From Chrysomallon squamiferum (Eukaryota; Animalia; Mollusca), in the NCBI GenBank assembly GCA_012295275.1, contig CM022678.1, positions 5,890,001 to 5,954,000 on the forward strand: 64,000 bases of DNA. The letters run 5' to 3'. Shown here one piece after another: positions 40,093 to 52,045 of this stretch; the first letter of the stretch is position 1; the number at the start of each line of letters is the position of its first letter. The translations under genes and the position numbers were made by a program. Under the pieces are notes generated by a model that worked only from the letters and a program-made list of their open reading frames with translations, was not told the origin of the DNA and did no database searches.

Positions 40093-41019
40093 TAAACTGA
40101 AATTAAAAAGGTATTTCAGAGGTTTTTTTTTTTTTTTTTTTTAAATTTGTTTTTGTTTCTTCCAAGTAAATAAGAAGTAATGAAGTACAGTTTGTTTGAG
40201 ATTATTAAAAGTTTTATAAATAGATAATGTTTTAAACTGAAATTAAAGAGATATTTAAGAGATTTTCTCTTTGTTTTGTTTTTGTTTCTGCCAGGTAATC
40301 AAGAAGTAACATTAAAATTAAAATGTGCTTGGACATCATTAAAAATATTATAAGTTGATGATGTTTTAAACTGAATATATAAGAATTTAAGAGTATTTTT
40401 GTGTTTACTTCTGCCAGTTAAATAACAAATAACAATAATAATATTCAAATCTTAATTGATATTGTTTTAAATTGAAAATATTAAGAGATTTTAATTTGTT
40501 TTGTTATTTATTTCTGCCAGGTAAGTAATAATAAAATTAAAAAGTGCTTGGATGTCATTAAAAATATTATAAGTTGATGATGTGTTAAACTGAACATATA
40601 AAGATACATATTTAAGAATTAATAAAAGTTTAAGAGTATTTTTGTTTTTATTTCTGCCAATTAAATAAGAAATAACAATAATATTAAAACCTTAAAATTG
40701 AAAGTATATAGATATTTATTTAAAAATTGAACAAATTTAAGAGATTTTTAGAATGTTTTATTTCTAATTTCTGCCAGGTAATTAAGAAATGATATGTACC
40801 ATGGTGTCATTTAAACTGTTATAAACTTAAAATGTTTTAAATTGAAAGTGTACAGATATTTATTTAACAATATAACAAATTTAAGAAATTTTTACTTTTG
40901 TTTTGTTTTTATTGCTGCCAGGTAATTAAGAAATAATGTGCACTTGGTGTCATTTAAAGTGTTTTAAATTGAAAGTATGCATAGATATATATTTAAGAGG
41001 TATTTTTTGTTTGTTTTAG
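40093..41019 (+). repeat. Degenerate ~105-145-bp tandem array containing copies of the SNX19 exon-8 donor
   Basis: TTTCTGCCAGGTAA-like motif at ~40157, 40285, 40409, 40511, 40652, 40768, 40912. Confidence 0.85.
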
Positions 41020-41107
41020 GTTTTACCCAAACCTTGGCTGGAGATTCTGATTTTGATTATGCAGTAGAGCAGATCATGGAATGTTTGGATCATGAAAAAT
41101 TGAACAG
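41020..41107 (+). CDS. SNX19: SNX19 exon 9
   Basis: Phase 1->2. Encodes GFTQTLAGDSDFDYAVEQIMECLDHEKLNR. Confidence 0.85.
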
Positions 41108-41682
41108 GTTATCAGAGCAGAATTTTTAATTTGATTTGTTTGTTTATTTGTTTGTGTGTTGTTAATTACATTTTATATATATATATTAATTTGTGTATAT
41201 TTTTGTTTTATGTGTGTGTTTGCATGTGTGTATGTTTTTGAGAAAATGTGTGTGTTTGTGTGAGTCTGGCTGTCTGTGTGTCAGTGTGTATGTGTGTCAG
41301 TTTGAGTGTGTATGTGTGTGTGCTTGTCAGTGGTTTCTTAAAATATTAATCAAATTAACTTTGTTTCTAAGACAGTTCATTCATATTCCTCAAAATTAAA
41401 ATGTTTTTCTTATTTTTAAAATGTATGTTAATTAATTTGTTTCTTACAATCATTTTCAGTCTGTTCATTATTTTTTAAAGTGTTTTTAATAAAATACTTT
41501 TTCTTTTCTTAGAAGCATTTTCTGTTCTAATAACTTCTGTAATAATAAAAGGAAATGAAACCATTCTAATTAAATCTTTATTTATATTTATTTTTATTTT
41601 TATTTTTATTTTTTTAATAATAATTTTTTTTTTATTATTATTTTAATTTTTTTTTTTTTTATTATTATTTATTTATATATAT

Positions 41683-41717
<35 letters not shown>

Positions 41718-41798
41718 TATATATATTTTTTTATTTAATTTTTTTTAAAAAATTTTTTTATATTCATATTATTTTTTTTATTTCCTTTTTTTTTCCAG

Positions 41799-41889
41799 AC
41801 ATTTCCTGTACACATTTCTTGATGTTGTCATGGAGAAACTATTTCCAGAACTCTCCAGTCAGGAAGTACAGAATTCTTTGCTGTCATGA
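41799..41889 (+). CDS. SNX19: SNX19 terminal exon
   Basis: TTTTCCAG acceptor; encodes HFLYTFLDVVMEKLFPELSSQEVQNSLLS*, with the LFPEL ending typical of Nexin_C. Confidence 0.88.
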
Positions 41890-42259
41890 TATACACCATT
41901 CTGAATGCTGCTCTTTTCATAACAAAACTACAAATAACACCAGACTTGTCAATCAACCATATCAGCAAATACTGTAGGAGATTCAAAAATGAAATTTCAT
42001 GGTCAGATGACTCCAGAGTCATGGTTTGTAGTTCAAGCGTAACCAGAGATAAATTAGTTAATTTTCTATCAGTCAATGAAAATATTCTACATTCCTAGTA
42101 AATATCAAAAAAATAATAATAATATAAACAAGAGGATTGTTGGATAATTTTAATAGTGGATTGTTTGATTTACGTCCACAAGTGGGTTTTGATTTTATTT
42201 ATTTATTTATTTTATTTTTTTGTCTAAACAACTGAACTGATTGGTTAAAATATTCTATT

Positions 42260-43265
42260 TGGACTAAAGATTCGCATACAGACATAATCTTGACACAGTC
42301 CTGGAGATGGAATTTCAAATTTAATTTTATTTTTATTTTTTTAATTTATTTTACATTGAAACATCAGTGAAACAATCATTTAAACTATTTTACACTGATT
42401 AAACATTCAAGTATGCCTTTCCTGGTCAGACAATCTTGACTAAAGATTCATTATAAAAAATCAACTAGCATTTAAAAACAATTTTTTTTATACATTTTAA
42501 ATTGTTTTAAATTTATTTTAATTGGAAACAGTGAAACAATCGTTTAAACTATTTTAACACTGATTAAACATTCAAGTATGCCTTTTCTGGTCAGCCATTG
42601 CTGAGCTAAAAATTCTCATACAGATATAATCTTGACTCAATCCTGGATGTGGCATTTTAAAGGTATTTTTTATTTTATTTTAATTTTTTAATTTATTTTA
42701 AATGGAAACATTAGTGAATCAATTGTTTAAACTATTTTAACACTGATTAAACATTCAAGTATGCCTTTCCTGGTCAGACAGTCCTAACTAAAGATTCACG
42801 TTCAGATATAATCTTGACACAATCCTGGATGTGGTATTTTAACTTTTTTAACTTTATTTTTATTTATTTTAAATGGAAACAGTGAATCAATCGTTTAAAC
42901 TATTTTAACATTGATTAAAGATTCAAGTATGCCTTTCCTGGTCAGCCAGTCCTGAGCTAAAGATTATAATCTTGACACAATCCTGGATGTGGTATTTTAA
43001 AGATTTTTTTATTTTTATTTTTTATTTTAAATGGAAACATTAGTGAATCAATAGTTTAAACTATTTTAACATTGATTAAAGATTCAAGTATGCCTTTCCT
43101 GAGCTAAAGATTCACATACAGATATAATATGACATAATCCTGGATGTTGTATTATAAATTTAATTTTTTTTTTTTTTTTTTATTTTAAATGGAAACAGTG
43201 AATCAATCATTTAAACTATTTTAACATTGATTAAAGATTCAAGTATGCCTTTTCTGGTCAGAAGG
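42260..43265. repeat. ~160-180-bp tandem repeat, 6 copies, downstream of the SNX19 stop
   Basis: TTTAAACTATTTTAACACTGATTAAACATTCAAGTATGCCTTT recurs at ~42378, 42543, 42726, 42894, 43055, 43210. Confidence 0.92.
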
Positions 43266-44576
43266 TTTTCTGGTCAGAGTTAAAGAAGGTTTTGGCTATG
43301 TCTTGCTGTGACAAGCAGTCCAGGAGACTTCGTTTTATTCAGTGAATTAAATGACCATTACAAGTAATGTGCATATAATCTTTGGAAAATTCAGATGCTG
43401 CCTCTTTTGGGCACATGGAGTTGCTGTTGATGTTGCTGTTTTCATATCTGACATTCTGAATCAGACAGACAGACAGACAGACGAAATTATATTTAACCCA
43501 CTTTAAAAATTTCATTTCATTGCAAAGGCCAGTGACTGCTTTGTGATCAGGTGTGAAAATATACAAAAGAGTTGTAAGATCAAATTTAAAAAAAAAAAAA
43601 AAAAAACCCACAACAATAGTGCTACTAATTATTAAAAAAAAAATCACATTCAGAAATCTAAAAGTAAATTAAACAAAAACAAACAATACAGTCATCCAAT
43701 CATCTATCCATGTATCCATTTAAAATGTACATTTTTTTTTTTTTTTTTTATTTTTTTATTTTTATTTTTTTAACACTCTGATGGTTGAAGAATGCCTACC
43801 ATGGGCAGATTCCTGAGTTGTCTTCTCCTGGCAGGGTTAGTGTGTTAGTTTGTTAAAGGATTATGTTAAAAAAAACACAGAGAGGAGGTAACAATTTTAA
43901 CACATTCCCAAATAACTCTAGGTATTTGCCAGAACTGGGATTAGATCCTAGCACATTCCAGTCTACAAGGGTTTACGGCTTAACCACAGCACAGATTAAG
44001 CTGATCATGTTAAATTGTTTGTTTGTCGGTGCATAGATGAACAACAAAATAGATTATATGTTAAAGGTAGCTCTCGTTAAAAAGGCTTGATACATTCCAT
44101 TTTGAGAAATACATAACTAAATTTAGTCTTGTGGTAGTGAACACAAATAGATATGCGTGGATTGTAGTTGTTGTAGCTGATGTGTGAGGCTGTCACCTGA
44201 GTATGTGTTACGTTGTGAAACAAGCACCATTTGTTCATACCTGCAGACACTGCAGTACATCAAAGAATTTTAACATTTTCTTTATTTTCATTTTTCTTTC
44301 CTTTTTGTTTTAGTTATTGTTTGTTTTTCTTTTATCTTTTTTTTCTCTATGTTTTCTTTAATTCTTTATTTTTTTAATTATTTTATTATCATTATTTTTT
44401 TTTTTTCTTAACTGTTTCCTACATGTGCCAAAGAGTGAAGTATGTATATATTTTTCTTTGGGCCAGTGATCTTAATATTCTATCAAAATACACTGTAACT
44501 TACAAGATACTGACTTAATTAACATACATACATATATACACAAATAGATTCATACACACATATCTATATATATATA

Positions 44577-44607
<31 letters not shown>

Positions 44608-44921
44608 GTAAACTAACACTAACAGTTTAAATGTAACATGTTTTTTTATTTGTTCTAATTTAACAGACCATTTTGTGAGATACTAACTTTTTTTCTTTTT
44701 TTTTTATTATCCTGATTGTATCAGTATGTTATTCTGTTGTACCGATACTGTGCCACAAGCTGATACTTGTAATTCGTCTGTCTGCTGTATCATTCAGTGT
44801 ATATAAAAAAATAAGTGGTTGAACACATTTGTAGAACTCAGTGTTCAAGAATACAATTAACTTTGTTCCATATCATTTTGTTTTTAGCTCAGTGATAAAT
44901 ATATTGTTTTAAAATTTCATT

Positions 44922-44973
<52 letters not shown>

Positions 44974-45339
44974 AAATTTATATTCAAAAATTATTCCATT
45001 TAGTGTGCATGGGAAAGTGAATGAACAATTATTTATTTTATTTACTTATTTATTTAATACCAAAATTAAGTTTCAGTGCTAACCCTAGATTTTCATTCAT
45101 TGTCATTTGGTTGCATATTTTTTTTATATTTTCCAAGACAGTCCTTTAATAATTTTAATCATTTGTATATTTTCACAAAACATTGCCAAAACAGCCATAA
45201 TTCATTTTATAGTCTTTTACCATTCATAGCCATATTTTTTATTCAATATTATAGTATTTCCAATACTACATAATTATTATTTACAGTTCCATATTGCCAT
45301 AGTACAAAAAAAATGTTACTGTTATGATTATTTTACCAT

Positions 45340-45880
45340 AGTAACTATATATATATATATATACACACACACATATATGTATATATTATAACTTTATAAT
45401 ATCGAAATATCCATATCCTTCTGTTGTATCGTAAGTTTCCTTAAATGTGTATATGATAGGTGAGAGTAAGAACATTTATACATACATACATACATACATA
45501 CATACTCACACACATACATACATAAAAACATATATTCTTTCATACAAATACACATGCATGCACAAATTATATATAGACATAGATACATATATATATATAA
45601 AAAGACATACACATATACATACATACATGCATATATACACAAATTTCAATACAAAAATATTAATGATTATATATAGATAGATAGATAGATAGATATGTGT
45701 GTGCATACACATACATACATAAACATTTATACATATACATACGTACATTCATATATAGATCGATAGATAGATATATAGATGATAGAGATATAGATACAGA
45801 TGTTTGTATGTGTGTATTTATGAGTGCATACACATATACATGGATACACACACACACACACACACACACATACATACATT

Positions 45881-45926
<46 letters not shown>

Positions 45927-46000
45927 TACATACATACATACATACAAACATACATAGATTCATATATATATATATATATATATATATACATTACATATCA
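45340..46000. repeat. Compound (TA)/(CA)/(CATA)/(GATA) microsatellite region
   Basis: Direct inspection. Confidence 0.9.
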
Positions 46001-46789
46001 TATATTTAGGTTTTAGCCTCTGCACAAAAAACATTGAGTGGCCTTGTAGTGTTTAGTTAGAACTTTCAGAAGCTTGAATAGAATACAGAATAAAATGTTT
46101 GACAAAATTCTGCTATTTTTCTTATAACAAAATAACTTTTTAAAATAATGTCTGTGCATAAACTAGTCACTTTTCCTCATTTTTTTTTTACTATTTATTT
46201 ATAAACTATATTTATTTACTGATACATTAACATGTAATATTAATATATATATCACATGACTGTGAGAAATTTATTATATTGTATATAATGTACAGGATGG
46301 CTCGAGGGTACTGTCTGATGGTTTCTGTTATTTTTTTTTTTTGTAAATATTTATTTTAGTTCTTGTGTATATAGATGGGTCATCACAGTCACAAAATCAT
46401 ATTGAAACTTTACAAAAAATACATAAACATGTTGTTATTAGAATATGACTAAGATGTAGAAATATTCTGATAGTTTTTTAAAAAAATTTTTAACCTGTAT
46501 ATAAATGCAGCAATTATTTTAAAATGTATCTTGTTGATAAGAATAATGTAATAATTTCAAAATGTATAGATGTAGAAACATTCTGATACAGTAATTTTTA
46601 GAAAATAAATCTTGTTGATAATAATAATAAGAATAATGTAATAATATTTTGAATAACCGACATACCTGATTAATAATAATAATAACGTATGAAAATTTAC
46701 ACCATGTTGGAAAAAAAGAAACTTATGGTGTTTTTGTAATAGGTAGAATTTGAGCTAGTGTTTTTAATTCACATGTCACTGAAATGTAT

Positions 46790-46834
<45 letters not shown>

Positions 46835-47783
46835 TCTGAAAGGCAAACAAAATGGCACATACCTAGGTTGAATACATCTAAATATCTAAATGTTATTGTT
46901 GAATTTCACTTAAGACATGCTATGAACATTTCTTCCAATCTAATAATACTTGATCTTTTTAAAGAATATTTATAGTTATAATGTGAAACAGCAGTTCCAA
47001 AAAATGGCTAAAAAGTCTCATATATATTATTTATTTGCAAAGTTAGTTTACAATAAACACTCAAAATCCATAAGAAAACTGCTGAAAAAAAAAAAAAAAA
47101 CAATTCAGATTTAAAATATTTTTCAGTTTCTAGTAAGATATTTGTTATATATATATATCACAAGTTTAAGAACTGTACAAGCACTTTACAGTGGTTTCAA
47201 AAAACAACAGAATGGTTTCAAAAACAACAGAATATTATATAACTGTGTTAACTATGTTAAAAATGGAGAAACAAAATGGCCATGGTGCATTGCATGCTGG
47301 GATAGCTTATGGAAAGTGGGGTGATGTCATTCAAAACAATTTAATTTTGTGCCATTTTCAATCAATCGTTACAAAACTTAACAATATTGTGCACTAATGA
47401 TATGAAAGAGAAAATATTCTCCACTATAATTAGCTGTAAGAAATCTTTTATGTGTGCCTACCCATTAACTGCACTTCTGACACATCAAAACAACTAACAA
47501 GAAAAGTTTTCCTCGCTTGAAATCATTTTGGAAAATAATCCTACCCAGCCAAATGAAATGGAAATCAAAAAATTCACACTGTTCATTTAATTTTTGAACA
47601 CAGATCATGCATTAATTTGACATCAAAGATTTTTATTTTTTATATTTTTATTGCATTACAATAATGTAATTCAGTTTGATTTTTAAGATTTGATGACTTT
47701 GTTAAAATGGTTTTTGTTTTATTTGTGATTTTGAATTTTTTTTTTTTTTTAAAGTTGTTGCTTGGGTAATTTTGTGGGGGAGT

Positions 47784-47815
<32 letters not shown>

Positions 47816-48099
47816 CTCCCCTTGAGGTTAAATTGTAAATATTTTTAATCTTGTTGCTAATATTATTGTAATAATGTTCTTAACATGTTGTTTATGTTGA
47901 TTTTTAAATGTACGTATTTTTATTAGAATTCTATTTTTTTTAATTCATAAATATATATTTTTTAAATTTCTTTTTCCTTCACTTTTTAATTTTTTTTTTT
48001 TTTTTATATTTTAATTATTATTTTTATTTTATTATTTTTCTTGTACTTTTTATCTATTTATTATTATTATTTTAAATTATTTTTATTATTAATATTATG

Positions 48100-48139
<40 letters not shown>

Positions 48140-48704
48140 TTTTTATAATTATTTTTTATTATTTATATATTAATATCATTTATTTCTATTTATCCATTTA
48201 TTCATTCTTTTCAATTTTTAGGTCATTTTTTTTTAATTTTCATTCTTCATAATTTATTTACTATTTCTATTATTATTAGCTTTTTTTAAATATTATTACT
48301 ATTATCAAAAGCTCTCTCTTTTTTGGAGGGTGAGTTGGGGGGTGTGTCACACACTGTACTTTGTAAGAATGTCATAACAGTTGTAATCATGTGATTTTTT
48401 TCCTGTTCAAGAAAGCTCAAATCTATTAAATAACTCACTCTGGTGCAGTCACAAATTGCAATCCCAGTTTACTAACGCAATGCGCCAGATGTCGCACAAG
48501 TCAGATTTCTAACTTTTTATTTTACTATATGTAAATCAAATTATTTTAGATATTACAATAGATAGATAAATAGAGAGACAGATTATAGAGATAGAGATAT
48601 AGATGTTAGAAATTTGTTAAATTAACTTTATATATTTTAAAATGCTTTTGTAAATTATGTAGTTCGTATAGCTTTTATATGAGTGAAGATATATATATAT
48701 ATAT

Positions 48705-48973
48705 ATATTTTGTCCTTAAAACAAAGGGTGTTTGAATGAACAGTTGAATAGAGAATTAATTTGACTTAAGTGATGTTTTATTTATTGTATAGGTTTAGCT
48801 GGAGTTTTTTTTAGCTTTTGTACCAGTAAAACAAAAAATATATATTTTCTATAATGTTTGTCCTTAAAACAGAGGGTGTTTGAATGAAGAGTTGAAAAGA
48901 AAAAAGAAAAAGTGACATAAGTGATGTTTTATTTATTTTGTAGGTTTACATATGGTCTGCGTAGCTTTTGTAC

Positions 48974-49013
<40 letters not shown>

Positions 49014-49080
49014 TATATTTTCTGTAATTTTTGTCCTTAACAGAAAGGATTATCGATGAATAGCTGAATAGAAACTCAAT
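48705..49080. repeat. ~150-170-bp direct repeat (2.5-3 copies)
   Basis: TTTGTCCTTAA(A)ACA...GGGTGTTTGAATGAA at ~48709 and 48857, with a divergent copy at 49030. Confidence 0.8.
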
Positions 49081-49787
49081 TCGACGTATTTAGCTTTAGC
49101 TGTCCGTTTTAATATTACAATGATCAGCCATCAACCTGCAGTAGACAATCACCTGCTTAATGAGGGCAGTATCTAGGGACACTGAACTGATAAACAGAAA
49201 ACACAGGCGTTCGTTGATCAAAATGGAATCTTTTTCCTACTAAAATTGTCACCAAACTGCCAAAATGTGCCGCTAACCTGTCATTGCCACCCACCTGCCT
49301 ACTGTGGACATCACTTAGCTATAATAACAGCCACGTTTTTTGATAAGCTTCTAACCTGCCATTACAGTCCACCTGCCTACTGTGGACGTTATCTAGCTAC
49401 TGTGTGTATATATATATATTTATATATATATATATTTATGGTTTAGTTGAGTGGTATTAATTTTATAATATTTATAATTAGCGTTACAACAAACCTCTTT
49501 TATGATGCCACCTGCTTGCTGTGGACGTTAAATTTGTTTTTAAAAAAAAAAAAAATAAAAAATAAATGACCAGCTTTTTGATTGAACAGTTAAATAGAAA
49601 ACAGACTAATTTATATAATAGCTTTGGGTTCATTTATTTAATTTCACTTACCATGATCCATGGAGATCTTTTGTTTGACAACCACCTGCCTAATGTGGAC
49701 AAAATGAAGCTGTTATAAAGAGAGTGGTTCGATTATTAGAAATTAAATCGGTTATGACTGATGAAAAATGAACCATATTTTTACTGA

Positions 49788-49822
<35 letters not shown>

Positions 49823-50454
49823 TTGCATCTTGGTTATTTTGCCAGTTTCTTTCATGTTTGATTTTATTTATTTTTGTATAATAATGTAAAATAGAACATT
49901 AATATACAACAAATACACTAAAATAACAAAGACAGCACCAGAAAGGAAAAAAAAACACTTTTTTCTCCATTGTGGTTTTATGAATCGACATCTAACAGAA
50001 ATCCATAATAGTAATTTATATTTTATTTTATGGTATTAAATTTGTATCATAGCAACCATTTTATTCTTTTATACAAATGGCCGTGCAACATGCTTAGTTC
50101 ATTCTTCCAAATGGAGCAGAAATCTATATCTATATCTATATATATTACATAAGATATTATTATGGGCAGTTTCATGATAAAATATTTATTATTAATAAAA
50201 AAAAAAAAGCTAGTGTTCATTCCTATAAATCTAAACAAAATAACACAACACTATACATATATATATATATATTTTTGTTAACTGGTTTGAGGCTACCAGA
50301 AATCTTGAAAGACTCAGTGAAAGTTGGTTAGTTGTGTATGTGTTTGTTACTTCACTCGATGAAGGTGTCAAATGTTTTGTATGATACCATAGAGCAGGGA
50401 GTCAATCATACAGTACTGGATGTCTCTGCCAAAAGTCTCGAAAGAGGATGATAC

Positions 50455-50592
50455 TAGGTAATGATCTAGATGGTACTAGATACAGGGCTTGATGTACTAG
50501 ATACAGGGCTTGATGGTACTGGATACAGGGTTTGATGGTACCAGATACAGGGTTTGCTGGTACCAGATACAGGGTTTGCTGGTACTGGTAAA
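50455..50592. repeat. ~22-bp tandem repeat (GATGGTACYAGATACAGGGTTT)
   Basis: 5-6 copies. Confidence 0.9.
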
Positions 50593-50920
50593 GGATATAT
50601 ATATTCTGAAGGTATCTCCAGCAACAGAACTCAAAAACTGTCCTTGAACTCCTGTTACAGTTCTATTTCTGCACTTGTACAGTAAGGCTCTTTCTTTCAG
50701 TACATCAAAATATGGTAAAAATGACAATTTTGAATTTTTCCATTAACATTTATTTATTTGTTTATTTGTGTATTTGTTTATTTATTTATTTATTTGTATA
50801 TTTGTTTGTTTGTTTATTTATTTATTTATTTATTTATTTATTTGTTTGTGTATTTATTAATATTTGTTTTCTGTCTGTTTATTTATTTATTTATTTGTTT
50901 GTTTGGGTGTGTTTGTTTGT

Positions 50921-50955
<35 letters not shown>

Positions 50956-51014
50956 TTTTTTTTTAATTTAATTACTGCTGTTCTTCTTCGGGTTTCCATA
51001 CTGTTAGTATTTAT

Positions 51015-51045
<31 letters not shown>

Positions 51046-51131
51046 GCTATTGCTACTGTACCAGTACTACTACCATTGTTATTATTACTACTAATACTAT
51101 TACCACTACTACCATTATGACTACTGCTGTG

Positions 51132-51184
<53 letters not shown>

Positions 51185-51539
51185 GTGCTAACAACTATTA
51201 CCAGTAACTATTACAACTATCATAACTACTTACTGTAACTTATACTAAAATAGTTTCTGAAATACTAACAGTTGTAATTTAGTCTGTGTTTTTTTGTTTT
51301 TTTTTTCAGAATAATACATGTACACAAATAAAAAAGTTATTGTTGGTTAATAAATTTTGTGCAATATTTACTTAGTTCTTTTGTTGTTTTTTTTTGTTTT
51401 CAAATGCATGCTTGCTGATGTCTTATTTTTATACAGATCCATACTTACATAAGCATTCCATGGATCGTTCGATTTTGTGGTAAAGAATTAATAGTGATAA
51501 ATCTGTGTTTTATGTTTGTACATCGTGTAAGTTATGCTC

Positions 51540-52045
51540 GAAAATGACATGTTTTGACTTATCTAGTTTTAACAGCTAAAGAAAATGACATGTTTTGACT
51601 TATCTAGTTTTAACAGCTAAACAATATAACATGTTTTGACTTATCTGGTGTTAACAGCTAAACAAAATAACATGTTTTGACTTATCTAGTGTTAACAGCT
51701 AAACAAAATAACATGTTTTGACTTATCTAGTGTTAACAGCTAAACAAAATAACATGTTTTGACTTGTTAACAGCTAAACAAAATAACATGTTTTGACTTG
51801 TTAACAGCTAAACAAAATAACATGTTTTGAATTATCTAGGGTTAACAGCTAAACAAAATAACATGTTTTGACTTGTTAACAGCTAAACAAAATAACATGT
51901 TTTGACTTATCTAGTGTTAACAGCTAAACAAAATAACATGTTTTGACTTATCTAGTGTTAACAGCTAAACAAAATAACATGTTTTGACTTACCTGGTGTT
52001 AACATCTAAACAAAATAACATGTTTTGACTTATCTAGTGTTAACA
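51540..52045. repeat. 41-bp minisatellite with 33-bp deletion variants (AACATGTTTTGACTTATCTAGTGTTAACAGCTAAACAAAAT)
   Basis: About 13 copies. Confidence 0.95.

Noticed and set aside
51540-52045. CRISPR-like regular repeats (also 1285-1870, 39138-40092, 49130-49705)
   Set aside because: Eukaryotic spliced-gene context, no cas genes; units are head-to-tail or have mutually related, irregular spacers.
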